This document shows, piece by piece, positions 38,810 through 49,258 of a stretch of 64,000 nt of DNA. Position numbers and translations under genes: made by a program. Source of the stretch: a bacterium (GTDB lineage Bacteria; SZUA-182; DTGQ01; JAFGSM01). The stretch's first letter is position 1; each line of letters opens with the position of its first letter. Location: the NCBI GenBank assembly GCA_049472315.1, contig JBLIRN010000011.1, forward strand, positions 1 to 64,000, written 5' to 3'. Under the pieces are notes generated by a model. The model was given only the letters and a program-made list of their open reading frames with translations, was not told the origin of the DNA and searched no databases.

Positions 38810-39940
38810 TCACATGTCTACAGGACTCCTCACCGTCAGCCCCGGCCGGTTCAGAACATGGGTGTAGATCATCGTGGTGCTCACGTCGCTGTGCCCGAGA
38901 AGCTCCTGCACCGTGCGGATGTCATATCCGGCCTCCAGAAGACGCGCTGCAAAGGAATGACGCAGGGTGTGACAGGTCACCCGCTTGTTCAACCCGGCTG
39001 CATCGGCGGCCTGCTTGATCGCCCTCTGCAGGGCGTTCTCATGCAGGTGGTGGCGCCGCACCTTTCTGCTTCGCGGATCAACGGAAAGCCGGTCCTTTTG
39101 TCCCTTGCCGTCGCGGACAATTATCTGTCCAAGATCAAAATCGACGTCAGCCACACGCAGGCGTATGCATTCCATCAGCCTCATACCGGTTCCATACAGC
39201 AATCCCCCCATGAGCGCATACGTTCCTGTCAGGTGATCAAACATACGATTGATCTCTTCCCGGCTCAACACCACCGGGAGCCTCTTTGGCCGTTTCGGCC
39301 ACGCATACTCGCCGATGTCCCTAATATCGCAGCCCATCACCTCCTGATAGAGAAACACGAGGGCGTTCAAAGCCTGGCGCTGTGTGCTTGCCGCTACCTT
39401 CCGCTCCTGTGCCAGGTATTCCAAATAGCCTCTGATCTCCTCCTCGCCGGCATCCTGGATCCGCCTTGCACCGAGCAACCCGGCAAATCGGCATACCCAA
39501 TCAACATAGGCCTCCTCGGTTCGGATCGAATAATGGCGAGTGCGAATCTCCGCCCGCATCCTGTCAATCAAATCGGATAATTCACTGCTTATTTCCTGCA
39601 TGGTATCACGAAAGACGACCGTTGGCCGGTCGAAGATGCAAGGATCCCTGCCCTGCGAATCCTGATTCCACTGCCACTCGGTTGCCCAAGGGGCCTTTAA
39701 AAGGACACGGTACAGTATACGCAGGGCATCCATGGCCTGGGCATGCTGCCAGTCCTGAAGGCTAGGCCGTTGGAGAAGGCCCCGCAAGAACTCCTCAACA
39801 TCCTCCGGGTTTCATTTTTCAAGCGGCACAGGAGATTTTCGGGCAAATTGCTCGACCCATGATAGATACCACCTGATACGGTTTTGCGGGATCTTCTCTG
39901 CCTCAAGGCAATGTTTATAGACGTCCATTAAGGTATCCAT
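38810..39940 (-). pseudogene. intI: Integron integrase IntI, inactivated by an in-frame TGA and an internal deletion
   Basis: [41 protein letters not shown] and [15 protein letters not shown] motifs; ATG at 39940 is in frame but there is a TGA at 39812-39814; GKGQKDR is joined directly to LSVDPRS. Confidence 0.9.
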
Positions 39941-40117
39941 ATGCTTGACATTCCCTTTTACTTGAATATTGATATTATCTTAAGCTTCTGATATCATTTT
40001 TAAAATACCATTACCCACCAGGAATTCAGCCATATTGGGATAGTCTTTAGACGCTAAAAGGCGGATGTTCGATTTGATAGCTTCCGGAAATGAATATGAA
40101 CCTACTCAGTAAAATAA

Positions 40118-40478
40118 CAGAAACTTTACAATAGGTCAATAATGGAATAGGCAGAATGTGTCTATTATAATTATTTGCCATTTTGTTGTTAAACGAAAAA
40201 ATCCTGACTCCATGATTCAATGGTAAGCTATTAAAGAGCCAAGAGTGAACTTGAGAGAAATTTATGAAGAACTAAACAGCGGCTGAATTCCACGCGTTCA
40301 TAAGCTTTGGAGAAATTGAGGTCGCATGAAATACATTGAATTCATTGATTTAATTGAATAAATTGGACATATGCCTATCTGCGCTCACAGATCAGAAATT
40401 ATACAATAGGCCAATAGTGGAATAGACAGAATCTGTCTATTCTGTTAGTACAACATTCTGTCTACTCAAAAGTTAGCC
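40118..40478 (+). other. attI region with a duplicated ~49-bp motif and GTTAGCC core site
   Basis: Repeats at 40118-40166 and 40393-40441; TGTCTA..GTTAGCC at 40472 complements the cassette-end GGCTAAC. Confidence 0.7.
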
Positions 40479-40533
40479 AGCAGATATGTTGCTGAAATTG
40501 TTGATTTTATGCTATTTGAATGGAGGGAAAATA

Positions 40534-40731
40534 ATGAACAAGACACTATTAGAAAAGGTATTAGATCTTCCGCCAATCGAAAGAGTTGAATTTGCGCAAT
40601 TGATACTGGCTTCTCTTGAGGTTGAAGACAAATCCGTAAGAAATGCATGGATCAAGGAAGTAGAAAGAAGAATTAATGATTATAAAAGTGGGAAATCTAA
40701 ATTACTTGATTTTGAAGAAGTTTTCAAATGA
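40534..40731 (+). CDS. Addiction-module antitoxin (TIGR02574-like), in integron cassette
   Basis: LDLPPIERVEFAQLILASL...AWIKEVERR signature; GGAGG RBS. Confidence 0.88.
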   Translation: MNKTLLEKVLDLPPIERVEFAQLILASLEVEDKSVRNAWIKEVERRINDYKSGKSKLLDFEEVFK

Positions 40732-41024
40732 AAAATATCAAACTCCATACGGGGGCACAGGAGGATTTAAAGAGCGGTATTGAATGGTATGATGCACAGC
40801 TTGATGGTTTGGGTAAAATCTTTAAAAAAGTGATCAAGGATACGATTTTAAAAATCCAAAAAAAACCAAGTTGGTATCTCAATGAAGAAGAACCGATCAA
40901 GAAGGCATATGTCCCAAGGTTTCCCTATAAAATACTATTCACAGAAGAATCTGAGGTGGTCATTATTTGGGCTATTGCCCATTTGCATAGAAAACCAAAA
41001 TTCTGGAAAGAAAGGATTGGCTAA
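40728..41024 (+). CDS. RelE/ParE-family toxin, in integron cassette
   Basis: AQEDL..GIEWY...GLG, RFPYKILF and AIAHLHRKP motifs; the stop codon lies inside the attC R'' site. Confidence 0.9.
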   Translation: MKNIKLHTGAQEDLKSGIEWYDAQLDGLGKIFKKVIKDTILKIQKKPSWYLNEEEPIKKAYVPRFPYKILFTEESEVVIIWAIAHLHRKPKFWKERIG

Positions 41025-41116
41025 CAAGTCAATATCCACCTGATTTCACTTAGCTGGCCGTGATTCGTGAGTGCCATTCTATTATTGGCGTGAAACAGAT
41101 AATTTTTTCGTTATCC
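41019..41116 (+). other. attC site (somewhat degenerate)
   Basis: GGCTAAC...CTGATTTCAC / GTGAAACAG...GTTATCC forms an imperfect inverted repeat right after the toxin stop. Confidence 0.78.
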
Positions 41117-41169
41117 CTCTTAAATGACATACAATATATAATAAAACACAATACAAATTGCACATTTTT

Positions 41170-41262
41170 TAATCTCTTCGGGTTTAATTCCCCGAAGCTT
41201 GCTTCGTTAAAATAATAAAGTTCGTTTTTGATACCCCGCAGCTTGCTGCGGGGAGGCTTCAT
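41170..41262. mobile_element. Small palindromic element resembling IS200/IS605-family end remnants (PATE-like)
   Basis: CCCCGAAGCTTGCTTCG and CCCCGCAGCTTGCTGCGGGG related GC-rich hairpins in an AT-rich context, with no transposase. Confidence 0.55.
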
Positions 41263-41534
41263 TTATAATCATATTAATTCTGATTTTTATTTGATAAAAA
41301 ATAATGCCCATATTAGGGAGCTTTTGTATTATTTATATTTTAACTGAGATTCGATAATTAAATACAAATTTGGTATAACTTGCGCTCCAGCAGAATTGTC
41401 CAGCAGAATTGTTTCAAAAACAGTGAAGAGCACGTTGCATTGTGGAATATGCTGAAATTGGCAATGGCGTGGCTGTGGTTTCCTTCCAAAAATCTGCACG
41501 CGTCGAAGCCGTAAAGGCCATCCGAGGATGATTC

Positions 41535-41918
41535 ATGAACAGGGATGAAAAGTGCTCTTTGATCGAACGCTATCTTGCCTCATACAATATTTTTGACATT
41601 GATGGTATGATGCCGGTCATACACCCTGATATCGAGTGCAAAAATGTATCCGGCGGGGAGGTCAACGCCACTGCCTCCGGCGCGGATGAATTCCGCCGGC
41701 CGGCCGAGCAGTCGAAAGGGCTTTTTATCTCGCGCAGACAGACGGTGACGAAATTCTGGACGAACAACGACAGGGCCTTCATAGAACTCGACTATGAGGG
41801 TGTCGTGGCCTCCGACCTGCCGAATGGGATGAAGGCGGGCGAGTCGCTCCGGCTCACCGGACGCTCGGAATTTACCTTCCGTGATGGAAGGATTTATCGA
41901 ATCACGGACATCGGTTAA
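41535..41918 (+). CDS. SnoaL/NTF2-like protein
   Basis: IERYLASYN.FDIDGM, G.SEFTFRDGRI..I.D pattern. Confidence 0.85.
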   Translation: MNRDEKCSLIERYLASYNIFDIDGMMPVIHPDIECKNVSGGEVNATASGADEFRRPAEQSKGLFISRRQTVTKFWTNNDRAFIELDYEGVVASDLPNGMKAGESLRLTGRSEFTFRDGRIYRITDIG

Positions 41919-42069
41919 TGTTGTTAAACACAAACGAAAGGGATGAAAGGCAAAGTAGGAAAGTCCGGCGGTTGGCTCAAAGACAATATTGTTTCATGGC
42001 GAATCGTTCAAACTATTTTGAATGAGTTGCCTGATGCCGTTGCAACATAATAAGCCAGGGGAGACAAAT

Positions 42070-42807
42070 ATGTCAGGTAAACGGATTCTATTTTGGGCCT
42101 TTGTATTTATATTTATTGTATCGGGTTGTGGAGGGAGCGCTTTTATCAGAGCAGCCAACAGAGGTGACACTGAAACGATACGAGCTTTATTGTCCAAGGG
42201 CTCTGATGTGAACGAAAGAGAATATAAAGGATGGACGGCGTTAATGGGCGCAGCGGCAGAAGGTCATTTGGAGACGGTGCACGTCTTGGTGGAGGCAGGC
42301 GCCGACGTAAATGCCAAGAACAGTTATGGGAGAACTGCCTTGCGCTATCCGGCTGTGTATGGATATACCGCTATTGTGGAAGCTTTAGTGAAAGCGGGCG
42401 CTGATGTTAACATAAAGGACTGTAACGGCATTACACCCTTGATGGAATCGGCGGCAGGAGGTCGCCTTGCCACCATGCAAATCTTATTGCAGGAAGGCGC
42501 TGATGTTGAAGCCAAGAGTTCGGCTGGCGTTCCAGCCTTGGGATTTGCAGCAGAGAAAGGTCATCCTGATTGTGTTGCGGCGTTACTGCGGGCAGGCGCT
42601 GAGGTGAATACAACAGATCAATATGGTATTAGTCCGTTGATTATTGCCGCATATAATGGCCATAGCGAAGTGGTAAAAATGTTGATAGAGGCAGGCGCTG
42701 AGGTGAATAAACAAAATACCTTTGGTATGACCGCCTTAATGGAAGCGGAAGAACACAGTCATGCTGAAATAGTTCAAATGCTGAAGGAGGCAGGGGCCAA
42801 AAAATGA
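42070..42807 (+). CDS. Ankyrin-repeat lipoprotein
   Basis: Lipobox VSGC; six or seven GxTAL..AA..G...GADVN repeats. Confidence 0.9.
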   Translation: MSGKRILFWAFVFIFIVSGCGGSAFIRAANRGDTETIRALLSKGSDVNEREYKGWTALMGAAAEGHLETVHVLVEAGADVNAKNSYGRTALRYPAVYGYTAIVEALVKAGADVNIKDCNGITPLMESAAGGRLATMQILLQEGADVEAKSSAGVPALGFAAEKGHPDCVAALLRAGAEVNTTDQYGISPLIIAAYNGHSEVVKMLIEAGAEVNKQNTFGMTALMEAEEHSHAEIVQMLKEAGAKK

Positions 42808-42973
42808 AGTTGAAGTTAAACGAGGCATCTGTGCCGCTGACGATATATCCATTGATGCGCATCAGGTGACCCCCCTTTCAGTTTTCTCGGACCCAATGCA
42901 GCCGGTCTTGAAATGCCCACTCTTATTATCTGGGCGCAGGGCATGTGTTCTGATCATGGGGAAAAGGAAGGGA

Positions 42974-43705
42974 GTGCGAAAGAAAACCCTATTGAGTTGG
43001 AGCAGCGGTAAGGACAGCGCATGGGCCCTGTACGTGCTGCGCCAGGATCCAGCGGTGGAGGTCGTCGGGCTATTCAGTGTGGTGAACGCTCGGTTCAACC
43101 GCGTCTCCATGCACTCCACGCGGGCGGAACTGCTTCGCCGTCAGGCGGAAGCCGCCGGATTGCCGCTGTATACGATCAACCTGCCGGACGTCTGTACGAA
43201 CGAGCACTACGATGCGATCATGGGCGGGTTTGTGGCCGAATCGGCAGCCGACGGGACCGAGTGCATTGCCTTCGGTGACCTGTTTCTCGAAGACGTCCGG
43301 CAATACCGTGAGAAGAGGCTCAAAGGCACGGGGATTGATCCGCTCTTTCCGCTGTGGGGCATACCCACGGTGGAATTGGCACACCGGATGCTGGCCGCAG
43401 GTCTTCAGGCATACATCAGCAGCGTGGATCTCACCAGGCTTCCAGCGAGTTTCGCGGGCCGCCAATGGTCACTCGACCTGTTGAGGGAATTCCCTCCGGG
43501 GGTTGACCCGTGCGGAGAAAATGGAGAGATGCATACCGTCGTTGTGGACGGGCCGATGTTTGAGAAATGTATCCGGGTCGAGGTCGGCGAAGTGGTGCAG
43601 CGAAATGGATTTGCCTACGCCGATATTCTCCAGATAAACCATGAAAACGGTAAGCTCGGTCATCGAGCAGGCCCTGCTATCCTGACCGGAAGATGCCAGG
43701 ATTAG
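42974..43705 (+). CDS. PP-loop ATP-binding protein (adenine nucleotide alpha-hydrolase, MJ0570/Dph6-like)
   Basis: SWSSGKDS, FGDLFLED, PLW and DPCGENGE motifs; GTG start inferred from the RBS. Confidence 0.88.
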   Translation: MRKKTLLSWSSGKDSAWALYVLRQDPAVEVVGLFSVVNARFNRVSMHSTRAELLRRQAEAAGLPLYTINLPDVCTNEHYDAIMGGFVAESAADGTECIAFGDLFLEDVRQYREKRLKGTGIDPLFPLWGIPTVELAHRMLAAGLQAYISSVDLTRLPASFAGRQWSLDLLREFPPGVDPCGENGEMHTVVVDGPMFEKCIRVEVGEVVQRNGFAYADILQINHENGKLGHRAGPAILTGRCQD

Positions 43706-43817
43706 CATTATTGGGCGCACGGCGGCTCAGCGCGGACAAGACTTCCGGAATCAGCGGCTTCTTCGAAGCGGCTCATTCGTGACGGTATCCTTATGGTATT
43801 AACGGAAGGGGTGTCCC

Positions 43818-44567
43818 ATGGAAGGGATTGAATATTTGTATGAATTATGCGAGGCCTTACCCCGATGCGGCCCTGGTGATAATGAATGTACCAGGCGGGC
43901 CTTTCATGCGATCCCTCAACTGCCGCAACAACCGTTTATTTTGGATATCGGGTGCGGCCCTGGGGTACAGACCATTGAATTGGCAAAAATTTCAAAGGGA
44001 AACATCATTGCCCTGGACAATCACCAGGCTTTTCTTGACGCATTAATGGAACAGGCAGGAAATGAGGGACTCGCAGAAAGGATAATCCCCAAGAATGTAT
44101 CGATGTTGGCTATGGATTTTGACGAAGACACCTTTGATATCGTCTGGTCGGAAGGCGCGTTGTATTTTATGGGATTTCAGCATGGATTGCGGCGATGCCG
44201 TCAACTCTTAAAACGGAAGGGCTGCTTGGCTGTAACGGAGCTTGTCTATATCGCCCCTGATCCACCTGATGCCGTTATTCAATACTTCGAGAATGAGTAT
44301 CCGGACATTGATAGTATTGAAGGGAAAATCGAGGTAATCCACAAGGAAGGATATACGTTAATTACGCACTTCACGCTACCGGAGTCGGCATGGTTGAATG
44401 ACTATTATATACCTATTGAACAAGAATTACCCCGCCTGAATCGGAAATACCAGGGAAACGAGATCGCGTTAGGTGTTTTTGAAGGATTCAGGAATGAGAT
44501 AGATTTTTACAGGAACCATGCAAAATTTTATGGGTATGAATTTTTTGTAATGCAGCGAATTGATTAG
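43818..44567 (+). CDS. Class I SAM-dependent methyltransferase
   Basis: LPRCGPG, ILDIGCGPG, FDIVWSEGA and YGYEFF motifs. Confidence 0.9.
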   Translation: MEGIEYLYELCEALPRCGPGDNECTRRAFHAIPQLPQQPFILDIGCGPGVQTIELAKISKGNIIALDNHQAFLDALMEQAGNEGLAERIIPKNVSMLAMDFDEDTFDIVWSEGALYFMGFQHGLRRCRQLLKRKGCLAVTELVYIAPDPPDAVIQYFENEYPDIDSIEGKIEVIHKEGYTLITHFTLPESAWLNDYYIPIEQELPRLNRKYQGNEIALGVFEGFRNEIDFYRNHAKFYGYEFFVMQRID

Positions 44568-44652
44568 CATACGCAGAGGGCAACAAATCACCATCGTTAT
44601 GTATACATGGTGAATCCGAGCGGACCGGCAATGCCGCACATAGGGGACGGGC

Positions 44653-46176
44653 ATGGCGTACGATGTCACGGTCATCGGGGCGGGAATAGGCGGGTTGATG
44701 TGTGCAGCGATGCTTGCAAAGGGGGGAAAGAGGGTGGTGCTCCTTGAAAAGGACCGTCACATCGGGGGCACGAGCTACATCTTCCGTCGCGGCGGGTATG
44801 TCTTCCCTATGGGACCGCTCTCCTTCAGCTACCCCTCCCTGGTACAAAAATTATTGGACCAGGCCGGCATTGAAACGGAGATTACCTTTACAAGAAACCA
44901 CTTTCAACTCATCACCCCCTTTGTGGATATCATATACTCGCGCCCTTTCGAGGAGTTCAAGGGAATGCTGCACACGGTATTCCCGCAGGAGCAGGGCATC
45001 GATCCCCTGTTTGCAGAGATGGAAGGGATTATTGCCCTGGTCAGGGACGTGTATCGATGGCACCCCGACTATCTCTCCCGGTGTGAGCGGGAGCGGATGC
45101 CTGCAAATACGAAGGGGGATTTTCTCTCGATGGTTGAGCGGGTCAGGGCGTATTCAGGCACCTCCTGCAGCACAATGCTCGACCGTTACCTGTCCGACCC
45201 ATTCCTCAAACGCCTGCTGGGTTCCCAGGGGACATACGAGCCGGTCGTGTCGGTGCTGAAGCTTGCCTCCATGTGGAATCTCATGTCATGGGAGGGTATA
45301 TGGTTTCCCTCCTGCGGCATCCACGGCATATGCGACCTGCTCCGTGATGCATTCGATCGTCATGGCGGGGAGATGCATACGGGGGCGCCGGTGGAGGAGA
45401 TTCTGATCAGGGATGGAAGGGCGGTCGGGGTGAGGACCGCGGGAGGAAGGGTGTTCGAATCCCGATGGGTGGTATCGAATGTGGATTACAAGAGGACGTT
45501 CCTTGATCTCCTTGATGAGCGAGATGCTCAGGCGGCATTTCTGGAACGGATCAAGGGGGTACCCTATACCGGATCCGAGCTGTGCGTGTATCTGGGGATA
45601 GATCCGAAGGAGATTGACCTGTGTCGCCTGAGGGCGACCCACGTGTTTTACCGCCACCGCCTCGATCCGGAGGCGGAAAGCGGCCCGGAGGATTTTAGCA
45701 ATCGTGAGATCGAGATCTGCCTGTGGTCGGACAACGCCCCTGACCTGGTGCCTTCCGGAAAGGCCTCCATGGTGCTCCGTGTGGATTTGCCCTACGAACA
45801 TGTTGCCGGTTTTCGCACCGGCGAGAAGAGGAGGGGAGGGGGATACCGCGAGTACAAGGAGCGACTTGCGCAATCCCTGATAAGGACGGTCGAGGGGATC
45901 ATTCCGGGCCTCGGCACAGCAATTGAAACAATAGAGATTGCCACCCCCTTGACCTATGAGGACTGGGGGCATCGCTACAGGGGCTCCATTGCCGGATGGA
46001 GTTGGAGCATGGAGCACGAAGGGATGCTCGGGGGAAAGATACTGGTGCACACGCCGGTGGGGCATCTTCTGATGGTCGGTATTTATGCGGTTTCCGAACT
46101 GTTCCTGGGCGGGGTTCCTTCGGCGATGCACACGGCGTGTCTGGCTTCCGATATCATCCTGGGGAATGCCGCATGA
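44653..46176 (+). CDS. NAD(P)/FAD-dependent oxidoreductase, phytoene desaturase-like family
   Basis: VIGAGIGGL, LEK...GG and ATPLTY...GSIAG motifs. Confidence 0.85.
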   Translation: MAYDVTVIGAGIGGLMCAAMLAKGGKRVVLLEKDRHIGGTSYIFRRGGYVFPMGPLSFSYPSLVQKLLDQAGIETEITFTRNHFQLITPFVDIIYSRPFEEFKGMLHTVFPQEQGIDPLFAEMEGIIALVRDVYRWHPDYLSRCERERMPANTKGDFLSMVERVRAYSGTSCSTMLDRYLSDPFLKRLLGSQGTYEPVVSVLKLASMWNLMSWEGIWFPSCGIHGICDLLRDAFDRHGGEMHTGAPVEEILIRDGRAVGVRTAGGRVFESRWVVSNVDYKRTFLDLLDERDAQAAFLERIKGVPYTGSELCVYLGIDPKEIDLCRLRATHVFYRHRLDPEAESGPEDFSNREIEICLWSDNAPDLVPSGKASMVLRVDLPYEHVAGFRTGEKRRGGGYREYKERLAQSLIRTVEGIIPGLGTAIETIEIATPLTYEDWGHRYRGSIAGWSWSMEHEGMLGGKILVHTPVGHLLMVGIYAVSELFLGGVPSAMHTACLASDIILGNAA

Positions 46177-46410
46177 TACACGGCCATTTCGGATGCGAAG
46201 GTCTTTTTGACGGGACAAGCCTGCCGGATCCATCGAAAAAGTCCTCATGTCGCTTTGTGGCGGTAGTGGGAATGAACATATGGGGAGGGCTTCAAAAATG
46301 TCCCCACTGTGTAAATATGAGGGTCTATTTTCAAGCAAATAGTATTGCGGGGTCAAGGAGCGACGTCAGGACCGACAGGCTCTGGGTAGCCGATCATGGA
46401 TGGAGGATGC

Positions 46411-46923
46411 ATGGACAACGAATACCTCGATATCGTAACCGAAGAGAACGTGATCGTCAGAAGGGCACTCAGGAGTGAATGTCACGGCAATCCTGGTCTT
46501 ATTCATCGGGCGGCCCATATACTGGTGTTCAATTCCCGGGGACAACTCCTGCTCCAGAAGAGGTCGATGAGCAAGGATATTCAGCCGGGTAAATGGGATA
46601 CATCGGTGGGAGGGCACGTGGCCTCCGGGGAATCGTATGAGGAGGCTGCATTCAGAGAGCTCGAGGAGGAACTGGGAATCACGGGCGTTTCCCTTGAATA
46701 CCTCTATGATTACACGATGCGCAATGAGGTGGAATCAGAGAACATCCGAAGTTATCAGTGCACCTTCGACGGAACGATTGAGTTCAACCGGGAAGAGATC
46801 GATGCGGTCCGTTTCTGGGACCGTGAAGAAATCGCCGCAGCCATGAGAACCGGCGTGTTCACGCCCAATTTCGAGCAGGAGGTCGGGCTCTATGAGCGCC
46901 GTTCGCCTTGTCCACGATGGTAG
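46411..46923 (+). CDS. NUDIX hydrolase (IDI/YfcD-like)
   Basis: LLLQKRS..KD..PGKWD..VGGHV..GESYEEAAFRELEEELGI Nudix box. Confidence 0.9.
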   Translation: MDNEYLDIVTEENVIVRRALRSECHGNPGLIHRAAHILVFNSRGQLLLQKRSMSKDIQPGKWDTSVGGHVASGESYEEAAFRELEEELGITGVSLEYLYDYTMRNEVESENIRSYQCTFDGTIEFNREEIDAVRFWDREEIAAAMRTGVFTPNFEQEVGLYERRSPCPRW

Positions 46924-47093
46924 TAGGTCTATACTTCCCCTTGTTGCCGTATCCCGATGATCCGACACTGTGTGCCTTTGCACCAGACATTTATGCCCAG
47001 GAAAGGGATTTTTTCGCCCCAGGAATAATTTCCGCCCCACGCATAAGACTGTATCGTATCGGCAGGGCCATTACCTTGTCTGCAGGGACGCAC

Positions 47094-47128
47094 AAAAAAA
47101 GAGCCTCCGGTAAAAACCGGAGGCTTTT
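47094..47128 (-). terminator. Intrinsic terminator (probably bidirectional)
   Basis: AGCCTCCGGT...ACCGGAGGCT stem with a 7-T tail on the minus strand and a 4-T tail on the plus strand. Confidence 0.88.
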
Positions 47129-47395
47129 AAATTTGGAAACGGGGTTTCCATGCAACCACTCAATGAGCAGTTGCATTTGTGTGAGCCGCAAAACCCACTC
47201 CAACCGTTTCCGTCCGGGCCGATCCCTTTTGTTCCCCCCCAAATAAGGCCGACCCTCTTTTGGCCTTTGTGGAAATTTGCAATCGGTTATCCTGCAGGCA
47301 ATACAATGGCCGCAGAGAGTGTTCCGTGAGATTTTTCTGTCAATGAGGCGTGAGAAAGATCTTTATCACGCCAATGGTTGTTTTCTTTGTTACGA
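47094..47395 (-). ncRNA. Candidate sigma-54-dependent small RNA
   Basis: Bounded by a sigma-54 promoter and a terminator; several hairpins; no convincing ORF. Confidence 0.5.
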
Positions 47396-47406
47396 TTATA
47401 TTCATA

Positions 47407-47423
47407 AGCAATTCATGTGCCAT
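47407..47423 (-). promoter_or_regulatory. Sigma-54 promoter
   Basis: Minus strand ATGGCACATGAATTGCT is near consensus and divergent from the enhancer-binding protein gene. Confidence 0.78.
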
Positions 47424-47746
47424 TGCTGAAGACTGCGCCAAGACCCTGTGTATAAAGGGAATAACGGGCCAATTGCATTTTCAGGGGATCTGAAAAATCA
47501 TTAAATGACAACAGATGTGTTGTTTTAAGATGAAATTAATGAAATTTCGTCAATCCGGCCCTTGTTCTTATCATAGGCATTATCTGCACAAAAAGACATG
47601 GAATGTATTAGAAATAGGGATAATAAAAAATAGGAATAATATTGATAATTCAAAAAAATGATGATATACTATTAAAGTTATATTTGCATCTTGCTGTATC
47701 ATCAAAGGTTTTTCAGTGTTCTCTTCAACAATGGGTAGTGTGCGCC

Positions 47747-49258
47747 ATGATCAGAAAGCCATTCGAAACCGCTGACATCCTCAAGGCCTTTCTTTCAAGT
47801 CTCCTGAAGCTGCAGAATGTCGAACGGGGATCCATATGGGTCAAAAAGGGTGCCAGGTACCTGTGCATCGAGGCGCTGGGCGAGGAAAGCGAAAAGGTGA
47901 AGGGTATCAGCATAAGTAGCGACCACCCCAGCATTGTCGGGTGGGTGATAGAAAACGGACGAAGGACGATTGCAAAGGCCGGCGAAGACGAGCGGCATTT
48001 TCAACAGATCGAACAGGACTTTGCATTGAAGAGTAATCTCATACTCTGCTTTCCGCTTATTCTCGAATCCGGCGAGGTGTTCGGTGCCCTTGAGCTCATC
48101 GATGTCAAGAGCAGCGGAAACATCATGAACCTGGACAAGGACTATCTGGAATTGATTGAGGATATCATAAAGGTGGGCTCAATCGCCATCAGCAAATACT
48201 TTGACTATCACAAGCAACTCGAGGAAAACAGGGAGCTCAAGAAGATCATTTGTGAGTACAAGGACCATCAGGTGATTATCGGTCAGAGCAGATGCTTTCT
48301 CAATGAGTACGAGAAACTAAAGAGCTATGCCAGGGTTGATTATCCTGTGCTGATCACCGGGGAGAGCGGCACAGGTAAGGAATTATTCGCCCAGGAGCTC
48401 CACCATTTGAGCGATCGCCGCGAGAAACCCTATCTTGTGCAAAACTGCTGCGCCATCCCTGAAACCCTCCTTGAGAGCGAATTGTTCGGGCATAAAAGGG
48501 GGGCATTTACCGGAGCGGTCAGGGACAAGAACGGCCTTTTTGAGACCGCAAACGAGGGAACCGTGTTCCTGGATGAGATCGGCGACATGTCCTATGATCT
48601 CCAGGCGCGCCTTTTGCGGTTCATTCAGGACGGGGAGATCAAGCCCCTGGGCAGCACCGTTTCCAAAAGGGTTGATGTGCGGATCGTGGCGGCAACCAAT
48701 GCCAATCTGAAAGAGGCGATTGCTGAGAAGCGATTCAGGGAAGACCTGTTTTATCGGCTTAACGTCCTCCCCCTTCACCTTCCTCCTTTAAGAAATAGAA
48801 GTGAGGATGTTCCCCTGCTTCTGGAAAGCTTCATCCACAGGGAGTCAAAACGCTTGGGTATCAAGCCGAAGAGGCTTTCAAATGAGGTCTTGGACCTTCT
48901 CGTGCACTATCCCTGGAGGGGGAATATCAGGGAACTCGAAAATTTTGTCAGGCATATCATAGTGGTAAACGACGATCCGATCATTTCCCTCGACAATCTG
49001 CCCAAGCACTTTACGGTTGCCCCCCCACCGGAATCCCTTGATGCAGAGCCCGGGCAACGAATGCCCGGGTCCGGTCGCGCCCCGGACAGGCCCCGTGCCC
49101 TTGACGATCGCTCCTGGAAGGATCTCGAGAGAGAGTACGTCCTCCAATTGCTTGAACAATACCGCTGGAATATCTCCAGATGTGCAAGGGCTGCGGGATT
49201 AAACCGCTCCACCTTTGATTCGAGGTTGAGAAAGCTCGGGATACGCAAGCACGGATGA
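47747..49258 (+). CDS. Sigma-54-dependent transcriptional activator (GAF-AAA+-Fis HTH)
   Basis: [38 protein letters not shown] and WRGNIREL motifs; C-terminal HTH; N-terminal GAF-like domain. Confidence 0.93.
   Translation: MIRKPFETADILKAFLSSLLKLQNVERGSIWVKKGARYLCIEALGEESEKVKGISISSDHPSIVGWVIENGRRTIAKAGEDERHFQQIEQDFALKSNLILCFPLILESGEVFGALELIDVKSSGNIMNLDKDYLELIEDIIKVGSIAISKYFDYHKQLEENRELKKIICEYKDHQVIIGQSRCFLNEYEKLKSYARVDYPVLITGESGTGKELFAQELHHLSDRREKPYLVQNCCAIPETLLESELFGHKRGAFTGAVRDKNGLFETANEGTVFLDEIGDMSYDLQARLLRFIQDGEIKPLGSTVSKRVDVRIVAATNANLKEAIAEKRFREDLFYRLNVLPLHLPPLRNRSEDVPLLLESFIHRESKRLGIKPKRLSNEVLDLLVHYPWRGNIRELENFVRHIIVVNDDPIISLDNLPKHFTVAPPPESLDAEPGQRMPGSGRAPDRPRALDDRSWKDLEREYVLQLLEQYRWNISRCARAAGLNRSTFDSRLRKLGIRKHG

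Noticed and set aside
39812..39814. Selenocysteine or readthrough at the intI TGA
   Set aside because: It is not a catalytic Cys position, no SECIS is evident, and the gene has a second lesion.
44653..46923. Carotenoid pathway (desaturase-like plus IDI-like genes)
   Set aside because: There is no crtB/crtE nearby, and both families are broad in function.
46991..47242. 83-aa minus-strand ORF in the sRNA candidate
   Set aside because: It has a TTG start without a clear RBS and runs through the terminator.
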